A stretch of DNA of 64,000 nt from an uncultured Gammaproteobacteria bacterium (GCA_964535655.1 CAZHTP010000001.1:31515-95514); one strand, 5' to 3'. Numbered from the stretch's first letter, positions 19,037 to 29,380 are shown. Notes: generated from the sequence alone by a model not told the origin. A program made the numbers and translations.

Positions 19037-20659
19037 CTAAATTTCAATTACTTTTCCACCTATTTTCTTGATGAAGTAGTTGTCGTGGGAAATATATAGA
19101 ATTCCTCCATGGAACGCCTGTAGGGAGTTTTCCAGTTCTTCAATTGAGGGAAGATCGAGGTGGTTGGTAGGTTCGTCTAATACGAGCAGGTTAGGGTTGT
19201 TTGCCAGAAGTTTAATTATTTGAAAACGGGCTTTTTGTCCTCCAGAAAGCGATTCAACCCGCTGATTAGCATCAAGAACAGGATCAAAGAGATATTGTGC
19301 TAAGAGTGCCTTAATGCGTCGGTCTTCAATCATAATTCCACAATCTTCGTAGGCCTCCTTAATAGCTGTCGCTAGGCCTTTCTCTAGATATTTTTGGTGA
19401 ATTTCTTGCTCATATTCTCCAATACGAAGATCTTTTCCTAGCTCAATTTCTCCCGTAAAAACTGTTGCCTGGAGTGTTTCTTGTGCATACATCGAAAGAA
19501 TGGTTCGAACGAAAGTACTTTTCCCCGCGCCATTTCTACCTTTTATAAATATGCGATCATGGCTATGCATCGAAAAATTAACGTTTTCAAAAAGAGGTTG
19601 TGTATATCCTAGAGAAAGTTTCTTAATGGATAGAAGGTGACTTGCTTTCTCTTTACTTTCCTTTACTTGGATGGAGATGTTTTTTTCTTTGTATTTATGG
19701 TATGAATCTGCCATATCTTGATCGAGCATATCTTTTGATTCCTGATCGATCCAAAATGATGGCTTAATTGTTTCTGCCTTGATTTTTTCGTAGTCACGTA
19801 GCCAATGATCGTAGCGAGTTTTCCATTCTTTGCTTTTTGCTCGCATGCGTAAGCCCCAGTCAACCTTTTTCTTGGCATCTTCAAGTCGTTTGAGTTGATT
19901 TTCGTATTGAATAACGGAATTTGTTGTTTGGGTAGTGTTTTGTTTTAGGTAATGATCGTAATTGCCGTTGAACGTTAGTAATTTTTTGTCTTTAAGTTCA
20001 ATTATTTTATTGACATGCTTTAAAACGTCGCGATCGTGTGAGACGATAATGACGCTTTCAGTTGCGCCTTTTAACCATTCAATAAACTGCTCCTTTCCTA
20101 CATAATCCATATGGTTGGTAGGTTCGTCGATGAGTAAAAGGTCGGCTTGAGAATACATAACCCTAACCAGTTCTATAAACCTTTTTTGCCCTCCTGAGAG
20201 AGTGGCTAGGGGCTGTATAGCTTTATCGTTATTTATTTGAAACGATTTAAGAGATTCAAGGATTAAATCTTTAACATAGTAATAGCCGTTATCCGAATAG
20301 AAATTTACTGCATCGGTATAGGCATGAAGGTCTTTATTTTGTCCCGATTCGTAATCCTGTATTGTTTTCCCGTATTCAGTGTAGTTGGGGACGCTTTCAA
20401 GTATATAGTCCAAGGCACGGATTTGATTGTTATGAATATGCTCCTGGCGAGTAAGCACTATTCTGAGATTTTTTCGTTTCTGGATATCTCCTGCAAACTC
20501 GGTATCCTCACCGGAAAGAATACGCAGAAGAGTCGATTTACCATGGCCATTTCTCCCTATTAAGGCGACTTTTTCATTAGGGTAAATGGTGAAATTTAAA
20601 TCGGTAATGAGCTCTTTGGCGCCGATATGCTTGAATAAATTTGCTATTTTAAGTAACAT
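19037..20659 (-). CDS. ABC-F family ATPase (tandem ABC domains, no TMD)
   Basis: Two Walker A motifs ('GRNGHGKSTLL', 'GRNGAGKSTFV') and two ABC signatures ('LSGGQKRFIEL', 'LSGGQKARFQII') are separated by a charged linker. Confidence 0.85.
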   Translation of the reverse strand: MLLKIANLFKHIGAKELITDLNFTIYPNEKVALIGRNGHGKSTLLRILSGEDTEFAGDIQKRKNLRIVLTRQEHIHNNQIRALDYILESVPNYTEYGKTIQDYESGQNKDLHAYTDAVNFYSDNGYYYVKDLILESLKSFQINNDKAIQPLATLSGGQKRFIELVRVMYSQADLLLIDEPTNHMDYVGKEQFIEWLKGATESVIIVSHDRDVLKHVNKIIELKDKKLLTFNGNYDHYLKQNTTQTTNSVIQYENQLKRLEDAKKKVDWGLRMRAKSKEWKTRYDHWLRDYEKIKAETIKPSFWIDQESKDMLDQDMADSYHKYKEKNISIQVKESKEKASHLLSIKKLSLGYTQPLFENVNFSMHSHDRIFIKGRNGAGKSTFVRTILSMYAQETLQATVFTGEIELGKDLRIGEYEQEIHQKYLEKGLATAIKEAYEDCGIMIEDRRIKALLAQYLFDPVLDANQRVESLSGGQKARFQIIKLLANNPNLLVLDEPTNHLDLPSIEELENSLQAFHGGILYISHDNYFIKKIGGKVIEI

Positions 20660-20732
20660 ATGATGTGATTAACCTTTTAATTGTATATTTTCTTGCATAT
20701 TTGAGCAAGATTGTATATACTGCTAATCCTTT

Positions 20733-20966
20733 ATGACCGAACTAGATTCTCTAATTGGCGATGCGACCTATGATGTTCACAACGGTCATTTTACCGATCG
20801 TCCAAAAATAGCCCACCCGGAAACGCGGAAAAATCGGCGAAGTAGAAGGCTCCCTACTGAAGTACCTAAAATTCGTAGATGTCTGCGTAGAAAAAACCGT
20901 ATGTTACATTGGACGGAACGTAAAATGTATCGTGAAGTACAAACGTCTATGCGAAAAGTTTCCTAG
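20733..20966 (+). CDS. small highly basic hypothetical protein (doubtful)
   Basis: A 77-aa Arg/Lys-rich ORF with no clear RBS. It could be a spurious open frame. Confidence 0.2.
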   Translation: MTELDSLIGDATYDVHNGHFTDRPKIAHPETRKNRRSRRLPTEVPKIRRCLRRKNRMLHWTERKMYREVQTSMRKVS

Positions 20967-21004
20967 CTATTGAGAATCCACGATTGGTACAGTATAATCT
21001 ATAG

Positions 21005-21712
21005 ATGAATAGCCAAGACTTCGCTCAATATGAACCAGTACCGTATTTACTTGAAAAAGCAGAGAAAACGGAGATTCCCTTAATCTATTTAAATAAAAAA
21101 CCAAAAATCAATCCAGAGCTTCCTTTGGTGTTTATTCTTATTGGTCCATCTGGGAGTGGTAAGGATACGATTAGTGACTCGCTGTATTCTGAAGGGGCTG
21201 TTGTTCGTGCAACGACTGCAACTAGTCGACCTCGGCGTGTGGAAGAAGATGAGCCTGAAGAACGACACGTATGGATGCGTAGTAAACGAGAAGATGAAAC
21301 GGTTGAAGTGTACGATGCAAATTTAATTAAAGAATATACTCTGATTGAATATGATCGTCATTTTGGTAACTTATATGGATTGCCGCTTGCTAGTTTAGAG
21401 AAAGCGATGCAAAGCGGTACTCCGCTAATTCGCACTGAGCCTCGGGGAGCTAAAACAATTTATACCTTCCTGGAGGGTAAAGCAAATTGTATTGTTGTGT
21501 TTATTGTACCTGAAAGTTTTGAACAAGTTTGGTCGCGTGCCCTTAATAGGGTGAACTTTGAGGAACGAAAAGAGAAAGCGGTTCTTGAAGTAAAAGAAGC
21601 TCCAGAGATTTCTCACTTTTATTTATTTAATCCTGAGGTGTTTAATGGTAGTGCAGGCTTACCTCAAGCCCAGCATGCTTTGATACAGTTAATTCGTTCT
21701 TACGCTCATTGA
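21005..21712 (+). CDS. gmk: guanylate kinase-like protein
   Basis: P-loop 'LIGPSGSGKDT' is followed by 'TTATSRPRRVEEDEPEE...', which aligns with the Gmk 'SxTTRxPRxGE' GMP-binding segment. Confidence 0.65.
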   Translation: MNSQDFAQYEPVPYLLEKAEKTEIPLIYLNKKPKINPELPLVFILIGPSGSGKDTISDSLYSEGAVVRATTATSRPRRVEEDEPEERHVWMRSKREDETVEVYDANLIKEYTLIEYDRHFGNLYGLPLASLEKAMQSGTPLIRTEPRGAKTIYTFLEGKANCIVVFIVPESFEQVWSRALNRVNFEERKEKAVLEVKEAPEISHFYLFNPEVFNGSAGLPQAQHALIQLIRSYAH

Positions 21713-21745
21713 TTTCTCTTCAGTTTGACATGATATACTCTGAGA

Positions 21746-23989
21746 ATGAATACAAAGAAACAATTGGTTCTCATTGATGGTAATGCACTTTTGCATCGTG
21801 CCTTCCATGCGTATCCTCTTTTGACGACTTCAAAAGGTGAACAAGTTAATGCAGTTTTTGGTTTTAGCGTAATGCTTATTCAAGTTCTTGAGCGTTTTAA
21901 ACCTGAATATATCTGCGTAACCTTTGATCAAAAAGGTCCAACATTTCGGCATCAGGAATTCACTCAATATAAGGCGCAGCGAAAACCAATGGATGATGGT
22001 TTGGCTTCACAATTTGAGCGCACATATGAAGTAGTAAGGGCTTTTAATATACCAATATTTGCTATTCCTGGGTATGAAGCTGATGATTTAATCGGAACTA
22101 TTGCAACCTGGGCAAAGTCATCTACAGACGTTGATGAGGTTATTATTGTAACCGGAGACCGCGACCTGTTGCAGTTACTTGATGATAAAGTAAAAGCGTT
22201 TATGCCTGGTAAAACGTTTAGCGAAGGAAGTATTGTTGATATTGTAGGATTTGCTGCAAAATATAACTTCAGTGAACCAAGGCAACTAATAGATTTCAAG
22301 GCCTTGCGTGGAGATGCTTCAGATAATATCCCCGGAGTTCATGGAATAGGGGAGGTTGGAGCAACTAAGTTGATTCAAAAATATGGGTCTTTGGAAAATA
22401 TTTATGCCCACATTGAAGAAATTGACTCTAAGACTAAAATTAAATTAGTGGAAAGCGCGGAGATTGCGGCACTCTCCAAAAAGCTTGCCACCATTGATAC
22501 CAATGTACCGTTACAATTTGAGTTAAAAGGATGTAAAACTGAAGACTATGATAGTCGCGCGGTACGGGTGCTTTTTGAAGAATTGCAGTTTAAATCTTTA
22601 TTGAAAAAATTTTCTGATCCTGAAACTAAAACAGAAGAGCAGCCTCCTAAAAAGATTACTAAAACAAAAGGGCAACTTTCTTTTGATGACTCTATTGAAG
22701 AAGAGATGCTTGATGAAAAAGCGCGAGTTGAGAAATTTTTAACAGGCCAGCCACAGCATGTTATTGATTTGGATTTATCCATGATTGATGTACTGACGCG
22801 AATGCGGGAGAAGGGAATTCTTGTGGATAAAGAGGTCCTGGAAAACCTTAGTACGGATTTTGCAGGTAAACTTGAAAAAATTATAGCTGAAATATATGAA
22901 GCTGCCGGCCATGAATTTAACCTAAACTCTCCCAAACAACTTGCTGAGGTGTTATTTGACCAACTAAATTTGCCGGTTGTTAAACACACTAAAACAGGAC
23001 GATCAACGGATGAAGAAGTGCTTAAGGAGTTGGCAATTGCCAGCCCTGTTGCTGAGAAAATTTTAGAATATCGCGAATTGTATAAATTAAAATCAACATA
23101 TGTCGATGCATTACCTAAATATATTAAAGAGGATGGTCGCATTCATTCAACGCTTTCACTTGATGTTGCGGCGACTGGCAGACTTTCTTCATCTGATCCT
23201 AATTTGCAAAATATACCTATTCGGAGCCAGTGGGGTTTGGCAATACGCCGCGCTTTTGTTGCAGCCAAAGGATATACGCTAATTTCGGCTGATTACTCAC
23301 AAATTGAATTACGCATTCTTGCTCATCTTTCGGGAGATGAAGCAATGCAGTCGATTTTTGCGGAAAATCGTGACATTCATGCCAGCACCGCTGCACTTAT
23401 TTTTAATGTTCCTCTTGATCAAGTTTCTAAAGATCAGCGCAGAAGTGCTAAGACTATTAATTTCGGATTGATGTACGGTATGGGTGCGCATGCTTTATCT
23501 CGAGATTTAAAAATAACTTTTAGTCAGGCCCAATTGTTTATTAAAGCTTATTTCGAAGCTTTTCCCAAAGTAAAAGAATGGGTTGATAAAGTTTTATCTG
23601 AAGGCAAAGAGAATGGGTATGTCGAGACAATCTTAGGGAGAAAACGATTCCTTCCTGAACTTAAATCTCCGGATAAACGATTACAGTCGGCTGGTCAGCG
23701 AATGGCTATTAATATGCCTGCACAAGGCACGCAAGCCGAGATGATAAAACTTGCAATGGTTGATATTGATACGGAAATACGCAATCTGCCTGCCTCGCGA
23801 AAAGATGAAATCGGAATGCTTTTACAGATTCATGACGAACTAATATTTGAAGTAAAAGAAGGTGCTGAAAAAGTCTGGATTCCAATTATTCGAGAAAAAA
23901 TGCTCACAGCATTACCGCTTTCTGTTCCAATTGAAGTAGGGGTTAATAAGGGCAGTAGTTGGGGTGAGATGAAAGAAGTTTCTGACTAG
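21746..23989 (+). CDS. polA: DNA polymerase I, short form (5' nuclease + polymerase; 3'-5' exonuclease region largely absent)
   Basis: The 5'-nuclease N-terminus ('LVLIDGNALLHRAFHA'), pol motif B 'RRSAKTINFGLMYGMGAHALS' and motif C 'LQIHDELIFEV' are present. At 747 aa it is much shorter than E. coli Pol I. Confidence 0.9.
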   Translation: MNTKKQLVLIDGNALLHRAFHAYPLLTTSKGEQVNAVFGFSVMLIQVLERFKPEYICVTFDQKGPTFRHQEFTQYKAQRKPMDDGLASQFERTYEVVRAFNIPIFAIPGYEADDLIGTIATWAKSSTDVDEVIIVTGDRDLLQLLDDKVKAFMPGKTFSEGSIVDIVGFAAKYNFSEPRQLIDFKALRGDASDNIPGVHGIGEVGATKLIQKYGSLENIYAHIEEIDSKTKIKLVESAEIAALSKKLATIDTNVPLQFELKGCKTEDYDSRAVRVLFEELQFKSLLKKFSDPETKTEEQPPKKITKTKGQLSFDDSIEEEMLDEKARVEKFLTGQPQHVIDLDLSMIDVLTRMREKGILVDKEVLENLSTDFAGKLEKIIAEIYEAAGHEFNLNSPKQLAEVLFDQLNLPVVKHTKTGRSTDEEVLKELAIASPVAEKILEYRELYKLKSTYVDALPKYIKEDGRIHSTLSLDVAATGRLSSSDPNLQNIPIRSQWGLAIRRAFVAAKGYTLISADYSQIELRILAHLSGDEAMQSIFAENRDIHASTAALIFNVPLDQVSKDQRRSAKTINFGLMYGMGAHALSRDLKITFSQAQLFIKAYFEAFPKVKEWVDKVLSEGKENGYVETILGRKRFLPELKSPDKRLQSAGQRMAINMPAQGTQAEMIKLAMVDIDTEIRNLPASRKDEIGMLLQIHDELIFEVKEGAEKVWIPIIREKMLTALPLSVPIEVGVNKGSSWGEMKEVSD

Positions 23990-23991
23990 AT

Positions 23992-25080
23992 TTACCCAAC
24001 CCAGATATTGTTTGTAAAGCACCCAATAAAGATTAACTGGACAACTAAAAAAAGCATACAAATTCCGTAGAATATAACGTTTTTCTTAACTATTAAAGGA
24101 AAAACTATAAAAACAGGGAAAGCGGATAGCACAAACCGTGTCATACTCATTATGTTCCCTGTTGCTAAAGGAATAAGTAGTACCCCAAATGTATATAGTG
24201 CATATCTTGGTCCTAGGTTTTTGTAAACCGTTATTCCCAAAAATAGAAATGAGATTGACACAATCCAATCAACCGCCAGTATGGGGGTGTTGCGGATTTG
24301 AGCGTTGTATATGAATTCATGCGGGTAGGTTATTAGTTGTTTAAAAGGTATGTTGAGTCGAGGGTATGCGTTATTGATGGTCCATTGCTGCTGTGCTTGG
24401 AAAAATATTAGTGGTGTTTTACTTGTATACGCTAAAAAGGCTGCATAGATAATAAAACCGGTCAGTGCAACTAAAAAATAAATAGTTTTAGTTTGCAACG
24501 ATTTTTTTAGGAAGCTATATTGTAAAGCGATAATACACCCTATGATGCGAGTTGCGGATGAAAATCCAGCGCAAAGGGCGGATAACAGATAGGATTTTTT
24601 CTCGTAAAGATAATATGAGAGTAGAGAGAACGTTAAAAAAAGTCCTTCACTATACAAGGAATTTAAGAAAAAAGCTGAAGGGAAGGCCATGAAAACTATA
24701 ATTGACTTTTTTGCAACCGCTTGGGTGGTAATTTTTTTTGCAAGGGCATAGAGGAGTACAACGGAAGCAAGCGAAAAGATGTTAACTAAAAAGAATCCAG
24801 CAACATCCAAAGGAATGTGCATATACGTCACTAGTTTCATAAGCAGCGATAATAACGGAAAGAATGCCTGGTTGGGGAATTCATACCCTTTCCAGGCAAT
24901 TTGGAGATAAAAGACTGAGTCCCATCGAGAAACCCAGGAAAGATAGAGTCTTTGAGAAAAGCTTTGGGTAAGCGGGGTACTATAAAAAAGTGGTTCGATG
25001 AAGGAGAGGAAAATAGTTTGGATTAATCGCCATACTATATATACAGTGAACGGAAATATCAACTTAGTACGCATGTACAC
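23992..25080 (-). CDS. GT-C fold integral membrane glycosyltransferase (PIG-V/mannosyltransferase-like)
   Basis: Multi-pass membrane protein. 'SRWDSVFYLQIAWKGYEF' resembles the conserved WDxxxFxxIAxxGY motif of PIG-V/DUF2029-type mannosyltransferases. Confidence 0.45.
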   Translation of the reverse strand: MYMRTKLIFPFTVYIVWRLIQTIFLSFIEPLFYSTPLTQSFSQRLYLSWVSRWDSVFYLQIAWKGYEFPNQAFFPLLSLLMKLVTYMHIPLDVAGFFLVNIFSLASVVLLYALAKKITTQAVAKKSIIVFMAFPSAFFLNSLYSEGLFLTFSLLSYYLYEKKSYLLSALCAGFSSATRIIGCIIALQYSFLKKSLQTKTIYFLVALTGFIIYAAFLAYTSKTPLIFFQAQQQWTINNAYPRLNIPFKQLITYPHEFIYNAQIRNTPILAVDWIVSISFLFLGITVYKNLGPRYALYTFGVLLIPLATGNIMSMTRFVLSAFPVFIVFPLIVKKNVIFYGICMLFLVVQLIFIGCFTNNIWVG

Positions 25081-25082
25081 AA

Positions 25083-26969
25083 TTATAGCGCATAGTGTCG
25101 GGAAAGTGTCTCTGCAATTGCTTCAACTTCATTTTGAGGATTAACATAATAAATGTTTGACTTATTTGCATTCTGCATCAGCCAGGTAGATATGATCATC
25201 AGATCGTCAATGTTTTCTTTAGTTATCTTTATTTCAGTCTTATCTTGGTAAACAGTATTGAGTGAATCAATCCACATCCGTTTATTTTCTTCATTTTTCT
25301 TACCTTGATAATGGATGTATTCTTTTTGATTAAGTGTCGTTTCGAGATATTCGTCATCCAAAAAATAAGGCTCGTTTTTTTGTAAATAAGAATATTTAAA
25401 GGCAGCCAAGTTGTCTTTAACAAAATTTTGTTCTTGATTTGTTTTTTTGATTGAAGTGGCGAGTAGCTTCGCATGAACTATACCGTTTTTAATACAGAAA
25501 ATCTCTTTTGACTTTTTATCCAGTCCATCCTCGATAATAATTACATTGTTTTCTTTTACAGACTTGGTAATTCTTTGTTGTTTGGCAAGGATTCGTTCGA
25601 GGGCAATAAAATTATCCCGAAGTTCAGCGGCTTTCTCAAACTCGAGTAATTCACTTGACTCATCTATTTGTGCCTGGAGTTTGTTTAAGATTATTTGCTC
25701 ATTTCCAGAAAGAAACGCTTTAGCTTTTTCTATTATTTGTGCGTATTCTTGTTGAGACATTTTGCCGCCACAAACGCCTGGACATTCGCCCATCTCGTAA
25801 TAGAGACAAAGCTTCATGTTTTCTGGTTTTTTAGGATTAATTTTCTCTTTACAAGGACGTAAATTAAATGCTTTGTGAAGGTTCGCAATTGTTTGTTGTA
25901 ATGCGCTTGAGGATTTGAATGGGCCATAGTATGTAGCACCGTCAGCCTTAAGTTCTCGTACGGCGTAAATACGAGGAAATGCTTCATTGGAGATTTTAAG
26001 GAATGGGTAGGCTTTATAATCCCGTATCATTTTATTGAAAACTGGTAAGTGCTCTTTAATTTTTTTTGACTCTAGGAGCAAGGCAGAAAGCTCAGAACCA
26101 GTGGGAATATATTCAATTTTTTCTACAGTTTGTACTAGTTTTTCTAATTTTTTAGTTTTGTGGCTGTTATAAAAATAAGATCGTACACGTTTTTGGAGAC
26201 ATTTAGATTTACCTACATATATGATTTGATTGTCATTATCTCTCATGAAATAAACACCGGGAGAAAATGGTAAGAGATCAATCTGATTTTTAATTTGTTG
26301 ATATTTTTTTGCTTCAGGAGGGGTAGTAAGTTCCTGAAGTGATCCAAAAATCTTTTTTCCACTTTCGATGAGCATATCAAACATGTTAAGTAAACTCTTT
26401 CCTGTTGCGATAGCGTCGTCGAGTGCTCGATGCCTATTTGGAATCTCGATATGAAAATGCCGTGCGAGATCATCGAGGGTGTGATGGTGTAGCTGAGGAA
26501 TAAGTTTTCTTGAAAGTTGTACCGTACAGATTTTGGGAGAGGCGAATTCGAATCCTGCTAAGCGTAAATTTTTTTGCAAAAAGTTGTAATCGAAGGCTGC
26601 ATTGTGTGCAACAAAAACAGTATCCTGAATCATTGGTAAAATTGTCGGTGCGATATCTGGCAGCAGTGGGGCGAATTCAACATCACTGTTTCGTATCCCG
26701 GTCATTTGAGAGATAAATGGAGGTATTGTCTCACCTGGATTTAAGAAGGTTTGGTATGTATCTACAATTTCACTATTGAGAATTTTTACTATGCCAATTT
26801 CAATGATTTGACTTACACCAGGCTTTGTGCCGGTCGTTTCGAGATCGACTACACTATACGAAAGATCGCGGAGTGGTGTGTTATAAAGAGTTTCTTGTGT
26901 CATTGATGAAATACGTTGGGCAGAATTCATGACGTGTCTTACTATACGAATTTTTTTATACGAAGTCAA
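25083..26969 (-). CDS. DnaQ-like 3'-5' exonuclease fused to a GIY-YIG/UvrC N-terminal-half (Cho-like) nuclease
   Basis: N-terminal exo motif I 'VVDLETTGT' and later 'HNAAFD'. The middle is GIY-YIG, 'GVYFMRDNDNQIIYVGKSKCLQKRVRSYF'. It is followed by a UvrC-like Cys cluster 'CLYYEMGECPGVCGG' and a UVR-like helix 'EFEKAAELRDNFIALERI'. There is no C-terminal RNaseH/HhH half. Confidence 0.75.
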   Translation of the reverse strand: MTSYKKIRIVRHVMNSAQRISSMTQETLYNTPLRDLSYSVVDLETTGTKPGVSQIIEIGIVKILNSEIVDTYQTFLNPGETIPPFISQMTGIRNSDVEFAPLLPDIAPTILPMIQDTVFVAHNAAFDYNFLQKNLRLAGFEFASPKICTVQLSRKLIPQLHHHTLDDLARHFHIEIPNRHRALDDAIATGKSLLNMFDMLIESGKKIFGSLQELTTPPEAKKYQQIKNQIDLLPFSPGVYFMRDNDNQIIYVGKSKCLQKRVRSYFYNSHKTKKLEKLVQTVEKIEYIPTGSELSALLLESKKIKEHLPVFNKMIRDYKAYPFLKISNEAFPRIYAVRELKADGATYYGPFKSSSALQQTIANLHKAFNLRPCKEKINPKKPENMKLCLYYEMGECPGVCGGKMSQQEYAQIIEKAKAFLSGNEQIILNKLQAQIDESSELLEFEKAAELRDNFIALERILAKQQRITKSVKENNVIIIEDGLDKKSKEIFCIKNGIVHAKLLATSIKKTNQEQNFVKDNLAAFKYSYLQKNEPYFLDDEYLETTLNQKEYIHYQGKKNEENKRMWIDSLNTVYQDKTEIKITKENIDDLMIISTWLMQNANKSNIYYVNPQNEVEAIAETLSRHYAL

Positions 26970-26980
26970 CCCGAAGATGT

Positions 26981-27781
26981 TTATTTTTCTTCATCAATTG
27001 CGTTAGAATTTTTGAAAAATTGCATTAGTGAAACGTTTGCGAATAATCCGAGCCCTGTACCAAGTAACCAACCACCAATAACGTCACTCATCCAATGTTC
27101 ACCGATATACACTTTAGTAAATCCAACAATAAAGGTAAAAGAAAGTAATACAGAGAAAATACTGATAAATGATGCAATGCGAGCAAAGTCTACTATTTCA
27201 AATGAAACGGTATTTTCGCGCGCGAGAACAAATCCAAACGGTAAATTCAATTTAAAATCTGAAATAGCTTTTTTAGTATGTCTTTTAACATAACTTACTA
27301 AATTTTCAAAGAAATAGGGTATCCAGATAAATACAAGAAATGCTGACCTGGCTGCATGTCCTGAAGGATACGATGCCTCTTGGCGAATATAATATTTTGG
27401 AAGATCAAGATGTTGAAACCGAAGGGTCATGAACTGCGGTGGTGGTGGGTGGTGCAGCATAAATTTTCCCAGTAATTCAACCCCGAGAATGAAAAGAAAT
27501 AACAGGCCAATTGTCCAAAAGTGTTTGCGTTGCATAAGCATGGATATAAAAACGGCTATTGACATTACCTGCCAACTACCTAATGTTACAAATTGAATTA
27601 AATATGGTTTAAGTCGCTCTGGCATATGGTCCTGGATGCGAACTGTTGTATCAAAATCAAAGTTGGTAGTTTTATCGTATTTTGCGGCGATTGTTAAAAA
27701 GAAAAATCCAGCCAGTAATAGCAGTGAGATGCCTAAGATGATAAAATTCAGTTGCTTATTATTTTTAAGCATACTTAACAT
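26981..27781 (-). CDS. PAP2-family membrane phosphatase (undecaprenyl-diphosphatase/PgpB-like)
   Basis: 'YPSGHAARSAF' (the PSGH motif) and 'GEHWMSDVIGGWLLG' (SRxxxxxHxxxD-like) sit in a multi-TM protein. Confidence 0.65.
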   Translation of the reverse strand: MLSMLKNNKQLNFIILGISLLLLAGFFFLTIAAKYDKTTNFDFDTTVRIQDHMPERLKPYLIQFVTLGSWQVMSIAVFISMLMQRKHFWTIGLLFLFILGVELLGKFMLHHPPPPQFMTLRFQHLDLPKYYIRQEASYPSGHAARSAFLVFIWIPYFFENLVSYVKRHTKKAISDFKLNLPFGFVLARENTVSFEIVDFARIASFISIFSVLLSFTFIVGFTKVYIGEHWMSDVIGGWLLGTGLGLFANVSLMQFFKNSNAIDEEK

Positions 27782-27792
27782 TATAACAAACT

Positions 27793-28881
27793 ATGAGAAT
27801 AGCTTTAGTACATGATTATTTGCGAGAGTATGGTGGTGGGGAACGGGTTCTTGAAGCATTGCATGAAATGTTTCCTGATGCACCTGTTTACACTTCCTAC
27901 TATTTTGCGGAAACCATGCCCGAAAATTTTAAAAAATGGGATATACGAACCTCGTCGATGCAAGGCTGGTGGAATATTCGGAAGCGATTTTTGTGGTATA
28001 CGTATGCAGTTCCTTGGGTGTTTGAACAATTTGATTTTAAAGAGTTTGATTTGCTGATCTCTTCATCTTCATTTGCTGCAAAAGGTATCCTTACCAACCC
28101 TGGACAGATTCATATAGATTATTGCCATACACCTACTCGATTTATTTGGGGATTGAATCGAACCTCAAACAGAAAGTTTATTCACTCCTTGCTTGCACCG
28201 GTGGATACCTTTTTACGTCAATGGGATTTTGCCGCGGCTCAGAGAGTGGATTATTTCATCGCTAATTCAAAAGTAGTACAACAGAGAATTAAGCTATTTT
28301 ACAAGAGAGATTCGGAAGTGATTTACCCGCCTGTAGTAGCGCCTACAAATATACCTGGCCAGGGAAGTACAGAAAAGTTCTTCTTAGTAGTAAGTCGTTT
28401 GGAGAGACTCAAAAATGTTGAAGTGATTATTCGGGCATTTAATACGTTAGGCTTGCCTTTGAAGGTCGTAGGGACTGGATCTCAGAAAGAATATCTTTCT
28501 TCCATTGTTGGATCCAATGTTGAAATGCTGGGTTATGTTGATGATGAAGCAAGGAATAAGCTTTACGCATCGTGTAGGGCACTGGTAGTTGCAACTGAAA
28601 ATGAGGATTTTGGGATGACAATTCCTGAAGTACAAAGTTTTGGACGACCCGTTATTGCGTTGCGAAGTGGGGGGTATGTAGAATCGATTGTTGAACATAA
28701 AACAGGAGTGTTTTTTGATCATCCTATTGAAACCTCAATACAAGATGCGGTAGAAAATTTTCAGAAACAATCATTTAATGCGGAAGCAATACGTGCTCAT
28801 TCTCAGCAATTTTCAAAAGCAGTCTTTATGCAGAAAATGAAAGATTTTATTGAAAGGGTTTCTTTAGAGAATAAAAAATAA
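27793..28881 (+). CDS. family 4 (GT-B) glycosyltransferase
   Basis: 'ATENEDFGMTIPEVQSFGRPVIALRSGGYVESIVEHKTGVFF' is the GT4 EX7E region. Confidence 0.75.
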   Translation: MRIALVHDYLREYGGGERVLEALHEMFPDAPVYTSYYFAETMPENFKKWDIRTSSMQGWWNIRKRFLWYTYAVPWVFEQFDFKEFDLLISSSSFAAKGILTNPGQIHIDYCHTPTRFIWGLNRTSNRKFIHSLLAPVDTFLRQWDFAAAQRVDYFIANSKVVQQRIKLFYKRDSEVIYPPVVAPTNIPGQGSTEKFFLVVSRLERLKNVEVIIRAFNTLGLPLKVVGTGSQKEYLSSIVGSNVEMLGYVDDEARNKLYASCRALVVATENEDFGMTIPEVQSFGRPVIALRSGGYVESIVEHKTGVFFDHPIETSIQDAVENFQKQSFNAEAIRAHSQQFSKAVFMQKMKDFIERVSLENKK

Positions 28882-29380
28882 AGAGCCATGTTCTTTTGAT
28901 TTGTGCTCCTCGTCTGCGCCAAAATCCTGGGAAGTAAATGATATTCAATAAGATGAGCGAGATGATCATTATTGCTTCATAGGAAATACGAGCATAGTAA
29001 TCATCTTGGAGTTTTAACCAGAGCGCAAATTCATCAAATGTTAATCCTAAACCAATTCCATAAAATATTGCTAATCGGCGGTGAATAACTGGTCGTAGAT
29101 CGTATAAAGCAATAAATCCGACAATTCCTAAAATGCCGATACCCCAGTTCAAATGATGAACATGCACTCCCTTAATATATACATGTTCAATGAGGAACGT
29201 TACTTCGAGGATATCGTTACTGGTGATGTATACATAGGTTCTGGCGATAACAAATGTGATGAGAAAAGATAAAAAAACAATAAAGGGAACTTCTTCAAGT
29301 CTTGACAGAAATAGGTTTCGGAGTATCTTTTTTATTCGGTTCTCTTTGCGGTTTAACCACATCTTTTTGAGCCTACTCAT
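28847..29380 (-). CDS. small integral membrane protein, unknown function
   Basis: A 177-aa ORF with 4-5 hydrophobic helices and no motif recognised. Confidence 0.4.
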   Translation of the reverse strand: MSRLKKMWLNRKENRIKKILRNLFLSRLEEVPFIVFLSFLITFVIARTYVYITSNDILEVTFLIEHVYIKGVHVHHLNWGIGILGIVGFIALYDLRPVIHRRLAIFYGIGLGLTFDEFALWLKLQDDYYARISYEAIMIISLILLNIIYFPGFWRRRGAQIKRTWLFIFYSLKKPFQ

